Source: Myxococcota bacterium (GTDB taxonomy: Bacteria; Myxococcota_A; SURF-8). From it: a DNA stretch of 64,000 nucleotides. The translations under genes were made by a program, and so were the position numbers. The notes beneath the pieces were generated by a model, which was not told the DNA's origin, searched no databases, and worked only from the letters and a program-made list of their open reading frames with translations. Of this stretch, positions 1 to 8,456 are shown piece by piece; position 1 is the first letter of the stretch; each line of letters begins with the position of its first letter. Location: the NCBI GenBank assembly GCA_965140415.1, contig OZ223209.1, positions 4,192,001-4,256,000 of the forward strand, written 5' to 3'.

Positions 1-371
1 ACTGGGTTGCCGCCAATAGCGGCATTGTGGATGAAGACGGCTTCCCGGCGGTGGACTCGGTGTACTTCGGTCTGACCCGCGTTGTCAATCCGCTGGTTGA
101 TGACAACAGTTGGTTGTCCCCTTATCTAGACAGCCGCCTGGATACCGTGCTGGCCGATCCCTCGATTCGACCGACAGAAGATCCGGAAGGAGTGTTGAAC
201 ATTACGCAAGATCACATGGATAAAGCAGGCAAATCGCTTTACACGATTCTATCCGTAGCGGAACTGTTCAGACAGGCCAATCAGGATACGATCGACGCCT
301 TATTGGAAACGGATTTCATTTCCGAGCGCGAAGACCTGGTTCTTCTCTGGCGCTTCACTACCGGACAATAG
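1..371 (+). CDS. Partial CDS (5' end outside window), function unknown
   Basis: Frame is open from the window start (W-V-A-A-N-S-G-I-V-D...) to TAG at 369-371 and ends ...LLWRFTTGQ. Lies immediately upstream of the FadL gene. Confidence 0.6.
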   Translation, partial: WVAANSGIVDEDGFPAVDSVYFGLTRVVNPLVDDNSWLSPYLDSRLDTVLADPSIRPTEDPEGVLNITQDHMDKAGKSLYTILSVAELFRQANQDTIDALLETDFISEREDLVLLWRFTTGQ

Positions 372-380
372 GAGGGCGTC

Positions 381-1889
381 ATGGAAAAATATTTTAGGAC
401 AAGCAAGCAGATTGGAAATCCTGTCATGAAATCCACTTTTTCGCTGCGAATTGCGATTCTAGGACTGTTAGCCCTTTCCGCACTGGCTCTCTGGATGCCG
501 AGCACGGCGCACGCCAATGCCTTTTTCATTCAGGAAATGAGCGGTGATGGCATGGCGCAAGGTAGTGCGGTCGTGGCAGCCGGAAGCAAACCGAGCAACA
601 TGTTCCAGAACGCCGCAAACATTTCTTTTCTGGAAGGCCTGGATCTGGAATTCGCCTCTACGCTGTATATCGGCAAAGGTTACTTCGAAACAGCAGCAGG
701 TGATCGCACCTACTTGGACAATCCCGTGCTCTACGTTCCGCACATTTTCGCTTCATACAAAGTGAACGATTGGCTGGCAATCGGTCTGGGTGGTTTCATC
801 GATTTCGGTCTTTCGGTCAAATGGCCCGATGAATGGGTCGGCAGCCACCTGGTGCAGTTCGCCGGAATGCAAAGCTTCACCATCAATCCCAACATCTCTT
901 TCGGCCCCTTTAAAGGTTTTGCCTTTGCAATCGGTTTCGACGCCAAGTACGGATCGGTCGAAATCAAGCGCCGCCTGACTACCGGGCTGCCTTCACCTAT
1001 CGATGACAGTAAAAGCCAGATTCACCTGGCGGGCGACACCTGGGGATATGGCGCCAATATCGGCGTGATGTACCAACCTGCCGACTGGGTACGGCTGGGC
1101 TTGGGATATCGCAGCATGCTTAAAATGGCGATGAAGGGCGGCAAGGCTCATTTCGATGTTCCCGTGGCCTTTGCAGACAACTTCCCGGATCAGAAATTCG
1201 ACGCCACCATCAACCTGCCCCACCTTCTTTCCGGTGGCATCCGTTTCTGGCCGGTGGAAAACGCTTCGATTGAATTAGACGTATGGGGGACCTTCTGGTC
1301 TTCCTACGATGACCTGAAATTCACCTTCGATCAGGGTCTGGGACTGGGACCGAACGCCCGGGCGAAAACCCAGATCGAAAAGCAGAATTTCCGGGATTAC
1401 ATTCAGGTACGGCTGGGTTCGGAATGGTGGGCGCACGAATACTTCGCACTGCGACTGGGCATCATGCTAGACGGTGGTGTGGTACCGGACGAAACCGTCA
1501 ACCCCATGCTGCCTGACAATCATCGTATCAATGGTTGTATCGGAATCGGCACCAAGTACAAGGGCTTCTATCTTGACGTTGCCTACATGCTGGTCTGGAT
1601 GCTGGAACGCGACGTTTCCGACGTAAAGGAAAACCCGCTACCAGGAAAATACCACTGGATCGTGCATGACGTCTCCTTCTCTATCGGATATCATCATGAT
1701 TTCCTGGCGGCGAAAGAACCGGACCCGAACACTCCGGATGCATCTGATCTGGAAGACTGGGTGGAACCGGAAGAAGAAGTTCAGCAACAACCTCAAACAG
1801 AACCGGAACAAGAAGCTCAGCAGCAGCCTCAAACAGAACAGGAAACAACTCCTGAAACCGAATCAACCAGCGACGCTTCTCAACGATAA
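381..1889 (+). CDS. FadL/OmpP1-family long-chain fatty acid outer-membrane transporter with an acidic C-terminal extension
   Basis: GGAGG RBS before ATG 381 (alternative start 426). Signal peptide ending AHA-NAF, then FFIQEMS..G.AQG...A and NAA (NPA-like) hatch motifs, and amphipathic beta-strands ending SFSIGYHHDF. Confidence 0.85.
   Translation: MEKYFRTSKQIGNPVMKSTFSLRIAILGLLALSALALWMPSTAHANAFFIQEMSGDGMAQGSAVVAAGSKPSNMFQNAANISFLEGLDLEFASTLYIGKGYFETAAGDRTYLDNPVLYVPHIFASYKVNDWLAIGLGGFIDFGLSVKWPDEWVGSHLVQFAGMQSFTINPNISFGPFKGFAFAIGFDAKYGSVEIKRRLTTGLPSPIDDSKSQIHLAGDTWGYGANIGVMYQPADWVRLGLGYRSMLKMAMKGGKAHFDVPVAFADNFPDQKFDATINLPHLLSGGIRFWPVENASIELDVWGTFWSSYDDLKFTFDQGLGLGPNARAKTQIEKQNFRDYIQVRLGSEWWAHEYFALRLGIMLDGGVVPDETVNPMLPDNHRINGCIGIGTKYKGFYLDVAYMLVWMLERDVSDVKENPLPGKYHWIVHDVSFSIGYHHDFLAAKEPDPNTPDASDLEDWVEPEEEVQQQPQTEPEQEAQQQPQTEQETTPETESTSDASQR
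1764..1844 (+). repeat. Imperfect 36-bp tandem repeat (2 full units plus a partial) encoding EPE(E/Q)E(V/A)QQQPQT
   Basis: gaaccggaagaagaagttcagcaacaacctcaaaca / gaaccggaacaagaagctcagcagcagcctcaaaca / gaacaggaa. Confidence 0.9.
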
Positions 1890-1922
1890 CAACCAGCAGT
1901 ACAGCAGAGAAAAGAGAAAAAC

Positions 1923-2576
1923 ATGAAACGCACACTAATCATCATCACACTTTTACTATTTGCCATCACTTTACCAATTGCATGTGATGAAGACAGCAAC
2001 ACCACCAAATTGGATATCTGTCGCGATCTGGTGGAAGGCTTCTGCAACAAATCGGATTCTCTGGATTGCGATGTCAGTGAATGTCGTAGCGAGGGCAATG
2101 CCGACTGCGAACAGTTGTTCGACGGCACCTGCATCGCCACAGATGGTCAGATCTGGATGGTACGCGAGGAAATGATCCCTGGTTGGATCGACAGCAAGGA
2201 AAGTTGTAACGGGCTGTATAGTATTGAAGATGATTTGCAACGTGAAATGGCTGGAATTAAAACAGCTGCCTGCGCCAATGACAGCAGCAGCACAGATGGT
2301 GATGACGCAGTAGACGGCGACAGCACTGTGGATGGTGACACCACGGCTGATGGAGATGACGGTGTGGATCCGGGCTTGGCGGCTTGTGCAGAGCAGTATT
2401 GCCCTAGTGAGACAGAAGCCTGCACCGATCCTTGCCAGAATATGTTGGATTGCTTGAATGCGTGCGGTGACGAAACCTGCGAATCCAATTGCGCCGTAAC
2501 GTATCCCGATGGCGTACAACCCTTGACGCTGCTTCTCTCCTGCATGGGTACAAACTGCGCGGAATACCTCTACTAG
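1923..2576 (+). CDS. Cys-rich lipoprotein with DGD-repeat linker
   Basis: Signal with lipobox-like PIAC; two Cys-rich regions separated by four DGD units. Confidence 0.75.
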   Translation: MKRTLIIITLLLFAITLPIACDEDSNTTKLDICRDLVEGFCNKSDSLDCDVSECRSEGNADCEQLFDGTCIATDGQIWMVREEMIPGWIDSKESCNGLYSIEDDLQREMAGIKTAACANDSSSTDGDDAVDGDSTVDGDTTADGDDGVDPGLAACAEQYCPSETEACTDPCQNMLDCLNACGDETCESNCAVTYPDGVQPLTLLLSCMGTNCAEYLY

Positions 2577-2602
2577 TAACGATCGAACAATCGTGAATCA
2601 CG

Positions 2603-2650
2603 AAACCGGGTAGCCAACGACAAACAGGTCGCTACCCGGTTTTTATTTTC
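2603..2650 (+). terminator. Rho-independent terminator
   Basis: aaaccgggtagc...gctacccggttt inverted repeat followed by a T-tract. Confidence 0.75.
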
Positions 2651-2671
2651 CATTCTTTCTTCTGAAACAAG

Positions 2672-2701
2672 CAAGGGCGTGTAGATCACTACACGCCCTT
2701 G
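2672..2701 (-). terminator. Perfect 13-bp hairpin, probable terminator of the 2738-3031 gene
   Basis: caagggcgtgtag-atca-ctacacgcccttg; T-rich run follows on the minus strand. Confidence 0.65.
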
Positions 2702-2737
2702 ATACGTTCAATATGTCTCACCGAATTCGAATATCGA

Positions 2738-3031
2738 CTACAGATTATCGATGCACTCCGCCAAAGGAACACAGTTTCCTTTGAATTCCAAGGCACAGTC
2801 ACGCACATCCTGGGTGTACTCATTGTAATCCCAGTAGTTGGAAGCGAGTGTGCAGGCGGCATCGCAGGCAGATTCGGTATCCGGAATGTAATCGCTGTAA
2901 TCAGCCACGATATCCAAATACTCGCATTCATCCAATGCGCTGCACACATCTTTGCATTCGCTGGAATCCCCACACGCGCTAACCGCGAACACCATGACCA
3001 AAAGCGTTAACCCTATAATAACTTTCTTCAT
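2738..3031 (-). CDS. Small 8-Cys lipoprotein
   Basis: AAGGAG RBS; MKK plus hydrophobic stretch and VSAC lipobox; CxxxCx5C...CxxxC...C..C..C pattern. Confidence 0.8.
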   Translation of the reverse strand: MKKVIIGLTLLVMVFAVSACGDSSECKDVCSALDECEYLDIVADYSDYIPDTESACDAACTLASNYWDYNEYTQDVRDCALEFKGNCVPLAECIDNL

Positions 3032-3268
3032 TTTCCCTCTCCTTTAAAAAATGGTGCGGACAAATATTTCCTGCAACCCAATGACAAGTAAAGCTCTTCC
3101 CCAAACCCTTTTCCTACTGCACAAGCAGGAGTTAATTTATATCATTCCAAGATGAAAATCGTCAAGATCCATGCGGCTAATCAATACGTTTTCCTTAGAA
3201 TCGAAGCAGAGACTATTTAAATTTGGATTCAATTTATTTCGAGTCTTAACCAATTATTCATATTAGAA

Positions 3269-3304
3269 TTGCGCCCTTGTAACAGGTTGTCTATAATGCG
3301 CGCG
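3269..3304 (+). promoter_or_regulatory. Putative sigma70 promoter with GC-rich discriminator
   Basis: TTGCGC-17 nt-TATAAT followed by GCGCGCG. Confidence 0.55.
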
Positions 3305-3411
3305 GAATTTCAGAGAAGGGACTTCGTCTGTATTCGTTCAATTTCTACAGGCGAAGGTTATCTTGGTATCTTTTAAGTAGGGGTCGTTGTCACCCAAAGG
3401 AGCAGGTTATC

Positions 3412-5055
3412 ATGAAACGGAATCGTTTACTTATTATGTTATTGGCGTTTGGAGTTGCTCTAGGAATATCTGCCTGCGATTCAGACAGCGACCCGGTCGT
3501 CGATGGCGACACGGATACAACGATCGATGGCGACCAGGATGCCGATCTGGACACCGAACTTTCGGAATTGGAAGGCGAAATAGAAGCGGAAAGCGAACAA
3601 GGAATCCCGGAAGCACTGCCTTTTACTCTGACGCGGGAGGATGTCGGCGAAGCGCTGACCGAGGCGGAAATCACCGCTTTCACGAAGAAAATCACCGGCT
3701 TTATGAAAAACGTCGACTACTTCGGCTGGATTCTGTGGACCAGCCATGGCATGGATAAATCCTACGATGAAAACATGCCGGACTATAAACTCTACTGGCA
3801 GGATACCCGCGCTACCAAAGCCGGTGACACTGTCACCTTTTCCCATACCGGTGGCGCAGACAACCTGATGATCCGTACCTCCAAGATTCTGAACCAGGCG
3901 ATTGCCGGTTATTTCATGAGTGGCGACGAGCGTTTCGCACGCATCATCGAACAATATAGTAAAGGCATGGTAGCGCTGTTCCAGGGCATGATGTTCGGCG
4001 GCGATGACAACGTCACCAGTGTAATGGCGCGTGCCATTTTCACGCTCAATCACTCCTATGAAGAAGAAGGCCGCAAGGTCGTCGTGGATTACGATCCGGT
4101 CAAGCAGGAAGAAAAATACGACTGGAATGCCCACACCATTCCCAATGTCAATAATCCATACTGGGGTGAGATCTGGGTGCGCAACATGCGCTCGAAAGAT
4201 GATGTGCCGCACATGTTCCGCACGATGCCATTATTGAAACGAGTTGCAGCATATGCTAAAGATGACTACGTTAGGGAAGCGGCGCAAAACGCCTACGACC
4301 ACATGGTGGCTTTCGCAAAAGATATCGTGGATACCGGGTATTATATCCGCACCAAGGAAAAAGACGGTGTGGCTTACATTCCGCACGAAGAGGATATGCC
4401 CGGCGTTGTTAAGGATCTGGCCAGTTTCGTGAATTTCGAAGAATTCATTCCCAATGCGGAATGCAATTCCAAACTCAATGCGGCTCTATTGGCATACGGC
4501 GAGCCACTGGAAAACGACTGCGAGCAGGGGTTCGGCGGCAACTACGAAGGCATCGCCACGGCGGGTCATTATTTCAATTTTGCCATTATCCGCTATTTCC
4601 ATCTGGCGGCGATCACCAATTCATTGATGGCGCACGAAAACGCCATGGCGCAGAAATTGCTGGAAGGCTTGGTCGTCCGCGCGGATGAAATGGTTCACGA
4701 CGATTACCGACGTGGCGAAATCAAGGAATGGGACGCCGACGGCGCACCGTGGCTATTGGCTGCCGCCGCAAGTGGCCTTCCACTGACTAGTGAAGAAGCA
4801 CGCCTGATCATCCAACAGTATTCCGACTCCGTTGATTTCTTCGAAGCCTGGCCGAACTGGGACTTGTGGGACGAATCGGTTCCGGATGGTGTGGTAGACT
4901 ATGCCCCAAGTCGCAGCACCGCCGAGCGTGACTACATCCGCCCGGAGGAAATGGCTTACATCATGGAATACTGTTTCTCCCCCTTCCGCAATCCTGCCGG
5001 TGTAAAGCTGGTCGACTGCGATATCGTGGGCGACAGTTCCCGCTGGGGTGAGTAA
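3412..5055 (+). CDS. Lipoprotein of unknown function (DGD linker plus ~480-aa globular domain)
   Basis: AAGGAG RBS; ISAC lipobox; VDGDTDTTIDGDQD linker; no family recognised. Confidence 0.8.
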   Translation: MKRNRLLIMLLAFGVALGISACDSDSDPVVDGDTDTTIDGDQDADLDTELSELEGEIEAESEQGIPEALPFTLTREDVGEALTEAEITAFTKKITGFMKNVDYFGWILWTSHGMDKSYDENMPDYKLYWQDTRATKAGDTVTFSHTGGADNLMIRTSKILNQAIAGYFMSGDERFARIIEQYSKGMVALFQGMMFGGDDNVTSVMARAIFTLNHSYEEEGRKVVVDYDPVKQEEKYDWNAHTIPNVNNPYWGEIWVRNMRSKDDVPHMFRTMPLLKRVAAYAKDDYVREAAQNAYDHMVAFAKDIVDTGYYIRTKEKDGVAYIPHEEDMPGVVKDLASFVNFEEFIPNAECNSKLNAALLAYGEPLENDCEQGFGGNYEGIATAGHYFNFAIIRYFHLAAITNSLMAHENAMAQKLLEGLVVRADEMVHDDYRRGEIKEWDADGAPWLLAAAASGLPLTSEEARLIIQQYSDSVDFFEAWPNWDLWDESVPDGVVDYAPSRSTAERDYIRPEEMAYIMEYCFSPFRNPAGVKLVDCDIVGDSSRWGE

Positions 5056-5089
5056 AAACCTCCTAACGAATTGAATCTTTCTTACATTG

Positions 5090-5123
5090 GGCCGCCTTTC
5101 CAACAGGATTGGCGGCCTTTTTT
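5090..5123 (+). terminator. Rho-independent terminator
   Basis: ggccgcc...ggcggcc followed by tttttt. Confidence 0.7.
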
Positions 5124-5206
5124 ATTGTGTCGACGTTTGAGGCAGGCTACACTTCCTCATGGTATAGTAGTATATGCAGTGAATTTTCTGCACAAAGGAA
5201 GCCGTA

Positions 5207-5956
5207 ATGCCCAGTAAATTGCGAAACGATCCGGAACAACCGTTGCGCGTGTTTGTGGCGGGAGCCACCGGGTATACCGGTCAGGCTGTCGTAACCGAAT
5301 CCTTGCAACGCGGGCTACAGGTATACGCCCACATTCGCCCGGACTCAGCGCGTGTGGACCGTCATCGCAGCCGCTTTGCCGAGCAAGGTGCGACGGTAGA
5401 GGTTTGCAGTTGGGATCTGGACACACTTACTGCGGCGCTACGTAAAATTCAACCAGATGTGCTGTTCTGTCTGATCGGTACAACACGTTCACGCATGCTA
5501 CAAATCAAGAAAGGCGGCGGCGACCCGCAAGAGGGCTCTTATCAGGCAATCGATTTCGGTCTGACGAAACGGCTGGTGGATGCTGCAAAACTGGCTGGCA
5601 TTCATCCGCGTTTCGTGTATTTGTCCTCACTGGGTGTCGGTCCCAAAGCAAAAGGAGCCTATTTACGAGCGCGAACGCAGGCGGAACAGGCCGTGCAACA
5701 TAGTGGACTACCTTACGTCATCGTGCGTCCGTCCTTCATCTCCGGTCCTGACCGGGAGGAAGCGCGCCCGTTGGAGCGCATCGGTGCAAATCTGGCCGAC
5801 AGCCTGCTCGGAGTGGCACAGGCCATGGGCATGAAAAGCCTTTCGAGTCGCTATCGCTCCATCGACGCCTACAAACTGGCCGCCGCACTTGTGGACTATG
5901 CACAAGACCCACAAAATGAAAATCGAATTATCCTTTCCGATCAACTCGCACGCTAA
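5207..5956 (+). CDS. NAD(P)-binding atypical SDR / epimerase-family oxidoreductase
   Basis: VFVAGATGYTG Rossmann motif; CLIGTT, YLSSLG, IVRPS motifs. Confidence 0.85.
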   Translation: MPSKLRNDPEQPLRVFVAGATGYTGQAVVTESLQRGLQVYAHIRPDSARVDRHRSRFAEQGATVEVCSWDLDTLTAALRKIQPDVLFCLIGTTRSRMLQIKKGGGDPQEGSYQAIDFGLTKRLVDAAKLAGIHPRFVYLSSLGVGPKAKGAYLRARTQAEQAVQHSGLPYVIVRPSFISGPDREEARPLERIGANLADSLLGVAQAMGMKSLSSRYRSIDAYKLAAALVDYAQDPQNENRIILSDQLAR

Positions 5957-5967
5957 GGGAGAAACGG

Positions 5968-7269
5968 ATGTCTCATCAAATCGACTCGCAGAATACGACT
6001 AAAACCTGGATGGAATTGATGAATAAGGGTGTAACCAGCGCCCATGCGGCGGCTCGAATCGCCGCCCATCTGGAAGCCAGCGGTTTCACCGAATTGAAAG
6101 AAGCAGATGACTGGAAGCTGAAACCGGGCCAGTGCGCTTTCATACGCCGGGGAGACTCTTCGATCATCGCGTTTCGCGTAGGCGAGCAAGCACCCGAGCA
6201 GAGCGGCTTTCGCATCATCGGTGCTCATACCGACGTTCCCGGCCTGCGCCTGAAGCCCAATGGGGCCTATACCCAGGCTGGTTATCGCATGCTGGGCGTG
6301 GAAGTCTACGGCGGTCCGATTCTGGCGAGTTGGACGGATCGCGATCTGACCTTAGCCGGGCGCGTCTACCTGCGACCCTCGAAGCAGAACGAAGCGCCCA
6401 AAGTCAAACTCGTTCAGATGCAACGTCCGCTCTGCCGCATTCCACAGGTGGCCATCCATTTGAATCGCACCGTCAATGACGAGGGACTGAAACTGAACAA
6501 ACAGACACAGTTGCCACCACTGATCGGCTTGGATCAAGGCGAACCCTTCGATATGGCGACGATTAAAAGCTTATTGGCAGACGAACTGGGTGTGAACCAG
6601 GATGCTATTCTGGAAACCATCCTGGAAGTGGTGGACACGCAACCGGCGACCTTGTACGGGCTGAAACAGGAACTCGTCGCCTCTGGCCGTATCGACAATC
6701 TGGCGGGTTGCCATGCCTGCCTGATGGCTTTACAGAAAGTTGAAGCGGGTAAGGCAACCCAGGTAGCGGCTTTCTTCGACAGCGAAGAGATCGGCAGTGC
6801 AACCTACAATGGAGCCGGCTCGAATCTGCTGGACGTCGTACTGGAGCGCATCAGCGGCAATCGCCCGGCTTTGTTGCGCGCACTGGCAAATACGATCATG
6901 ATCAGTAACGACGGCGCTCACGCAGTGCATCCCAATTATGCGGACCTGCACGAGCCGCGCCACAAACCGGTGCTGAACAAGGGACCGGTACTGAAAATCA
7001 ACGCCAACGAACGCTACGTCACCCATGGCGTGGGACGCGCACATTTCGCATTGCTATGCGAAGAAGCGCAGGTGACTTATCAGAAAATCGTCGTGCGCAC
7101 CGACATGCCCTGCGGTTCGACCATCGGTCCGGCGCTGGCGACACGCCTGGGCATTGTAGGCTTGGATGTCGGTATTCCGATGCTTTCGATGCACTCCATC
7201 CGCGAAACGGCGGGAACGAGCGATCAGACGGATATGATTCACGTTCTGGCTCACCACCTGCAAGGCTGA
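5968..7269 (+). CDS. M18 family aspartyl aminopeptidase
   Basis: GAHTD, EVYGG, RIDNL, DSEEIGS, AHAVHPNY, CGSTIGP, LSMHSIRE motifs. Confidence 0.93.
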   Translation: MSHQIDSQNTTKTWMELMNKGVTSAHAAARIAAHLEASGFTELKEADDWKLKPGQCAFIRRGDSSIIAFRVGEQAPEQSGFRIIGAHTDVPGLRLKPNGAYTQAGYRMLGVEVYGGPILASWTDRDLTLAGRVYLRPSKQNEAPKVKLVQMQRPLCRIPQVAIHLNRTVNDEGLKLNKQTQLPPLIGLDQGEPFDMATIKSLLADELGVNQDAILETILEVVDTQPATLYGLKQELVASGRIDNLAGCHACLMALQKVEAGKATQVAAFFDSEEIGSATYNGAGSNLLDVVLERISGNRPALLRALANTIMISNDGAHAVHPNYADLHEPRHKPVLNKGPVLKINANERYVTHGVGRAHFALLCEEAQVTYQKIVVRTDMPCGSTIGPALATRLGIVGLDVGIPMLSMHSIRETAGTSDQTDMIHVLAHHLQG

Positions 7270-7292
7270 ACGCCTGCGGACAACAACACGGA

Positions 7293-8273
7293 TTAGGGGT
7301 AGAGCGGGTTGCCCGTCGTTCCCAGCGAGATGCGCCAGATTTTGCTGCCGATCAATTCGGTGACGTACAACGAGCAGGGGTCAAAGCCCTCCCCTGCTCC
7401 GAATGCACCGCTGGCGGGCAGCATCAAGCCTTCGGCCACGATCTCCTGATCGCCTTCGGGGGTCACACGCACGATTTTGCCAAGTCCGTTGGCCATCACG
7501 TAAACGTTGCCGTCTTTGTCCATCGCCAAACCATCGAGCAACCCATTTTCGGGCAGGTTGACGAACACACTGGCCGTTCCGGCGCTCTGACCTTCAATTG
7601 GAATCACGTAGAGCGGGCTGTCGTTTTCGAATGTGCTGGCCACGTATAACAGGTTGCCATCGGGCGAGAAGACCATGCCGTTTGGCGAGGGAATCTGCTC
7701 GGTCCACAAGCTGGTTTCCCCGTTGTCGGTCAGCTCCCAGATTTCCGGGATCATGTCATCGCTGATCAACCAGCTTCCCCAGGGTGTGCGCGTAACGAAA
7801 TTGGCGTTGGCGATTACACCCGCATCGACCAGCACCGATAATTGCCCGTTGCTGTATTTGTACATCCCACCGTCACGGGTGTCGTCGTTTAAAGGGCCAA
7901 AAGAGCAGACCAGCAAATCGCCGTTCCCACCGAAAGTCGCGCCGACGCCGTCTGCCGCATCGGCCACTTCCGTCATTGTTGCATCGGCAGTGAATTTAAT
8001 CAGCTTATTGGAAGAAGTCACGAACATGGAGTCGATGCCGTCGAAGGCGATGCCTTCCGAACCGACCAGGCCACGATAAAAGATTTCTTTTTCTCCCACC
8101 GCAAGGTCCGTAAAGCAGACGCCATTGCCGTCGCCGTCCGCAGCCGTTTCCGTTTCGGCAAGATCGCTATCGCCATCGGTTACAATCTCATCATTGTCGT
8201 CTGAACCGCAGGCAGCCAAAAGCAATACGGCTATCACAGACACCCCAATAAAAAGCCATCCCCATCGTGACAT
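7293..8273 (-). CDS. SMP-30/gluconolactonase-family beta-propeller lipoprotein
   Basis: Start MSRWGW; LAAC lipobox; SEGIAFD, PNGMVFSPDG, DGLAMDKDGNVYV motifs. Confidence 0.85.
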   Translation of the reverse strand: MSRWGWLFIGVSVIAVLLLAACGSDDNDEIVTDGDSDLAETETAADGDGNGVCFTDLAVGEKEIFYRGLVGSEGIAFDGIDSMFVTSSNKLIKFTADATMTEVADAADGVGATFGGNGDLLVCSFGPLNDDTRDGGMYKYSNGQLSVLVDAGVIANANFVTRTPWGSWLISDDMIPEIWELTDNGETSLWTEQIPSPNGMVFSPDGNLLYVASTFENDSPLYVIPIEGQSAGTASVFVNLPENGLLDGLAMDKDGNVYVMANGLGKIVRVTPEGDQEIVAEGLMLPASGAFGAGEGFDPCSLYVTELIGSKIWRISLGTTGNPLYP

Positions 8274-8456
8274 CGATTTCTCCCTCTTTCCGATATGATC
8301 GCCCGTTGCTGCATGAAGCAAGCGCAGGCTTCCCGTTCCCTCTTACAAATCTCCCCTTACTATGCCCACCGCCTTAAATCTGTCAAGTTTGGAGTTGATT
8401 TTCCTTGGTAAAAGCTTCGCTCAAATGTGAACTGGCATTTTTGTACTATCGAATTA

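Noticed and set aside
360-383. First ORF and fadL are in the same frame separated by TAG plus 3 codons (possible readthrough fusion)
   Set aside because: fadL has its own GGAGG RBS and signal peptide, and same-frame adjacency occurs one time in three by chance.
3340-3350. AATTTCTAC resembling a Cas12a repeat
   Set aside because: Single copy, no repeat-spacer array and no cas genes in the window.
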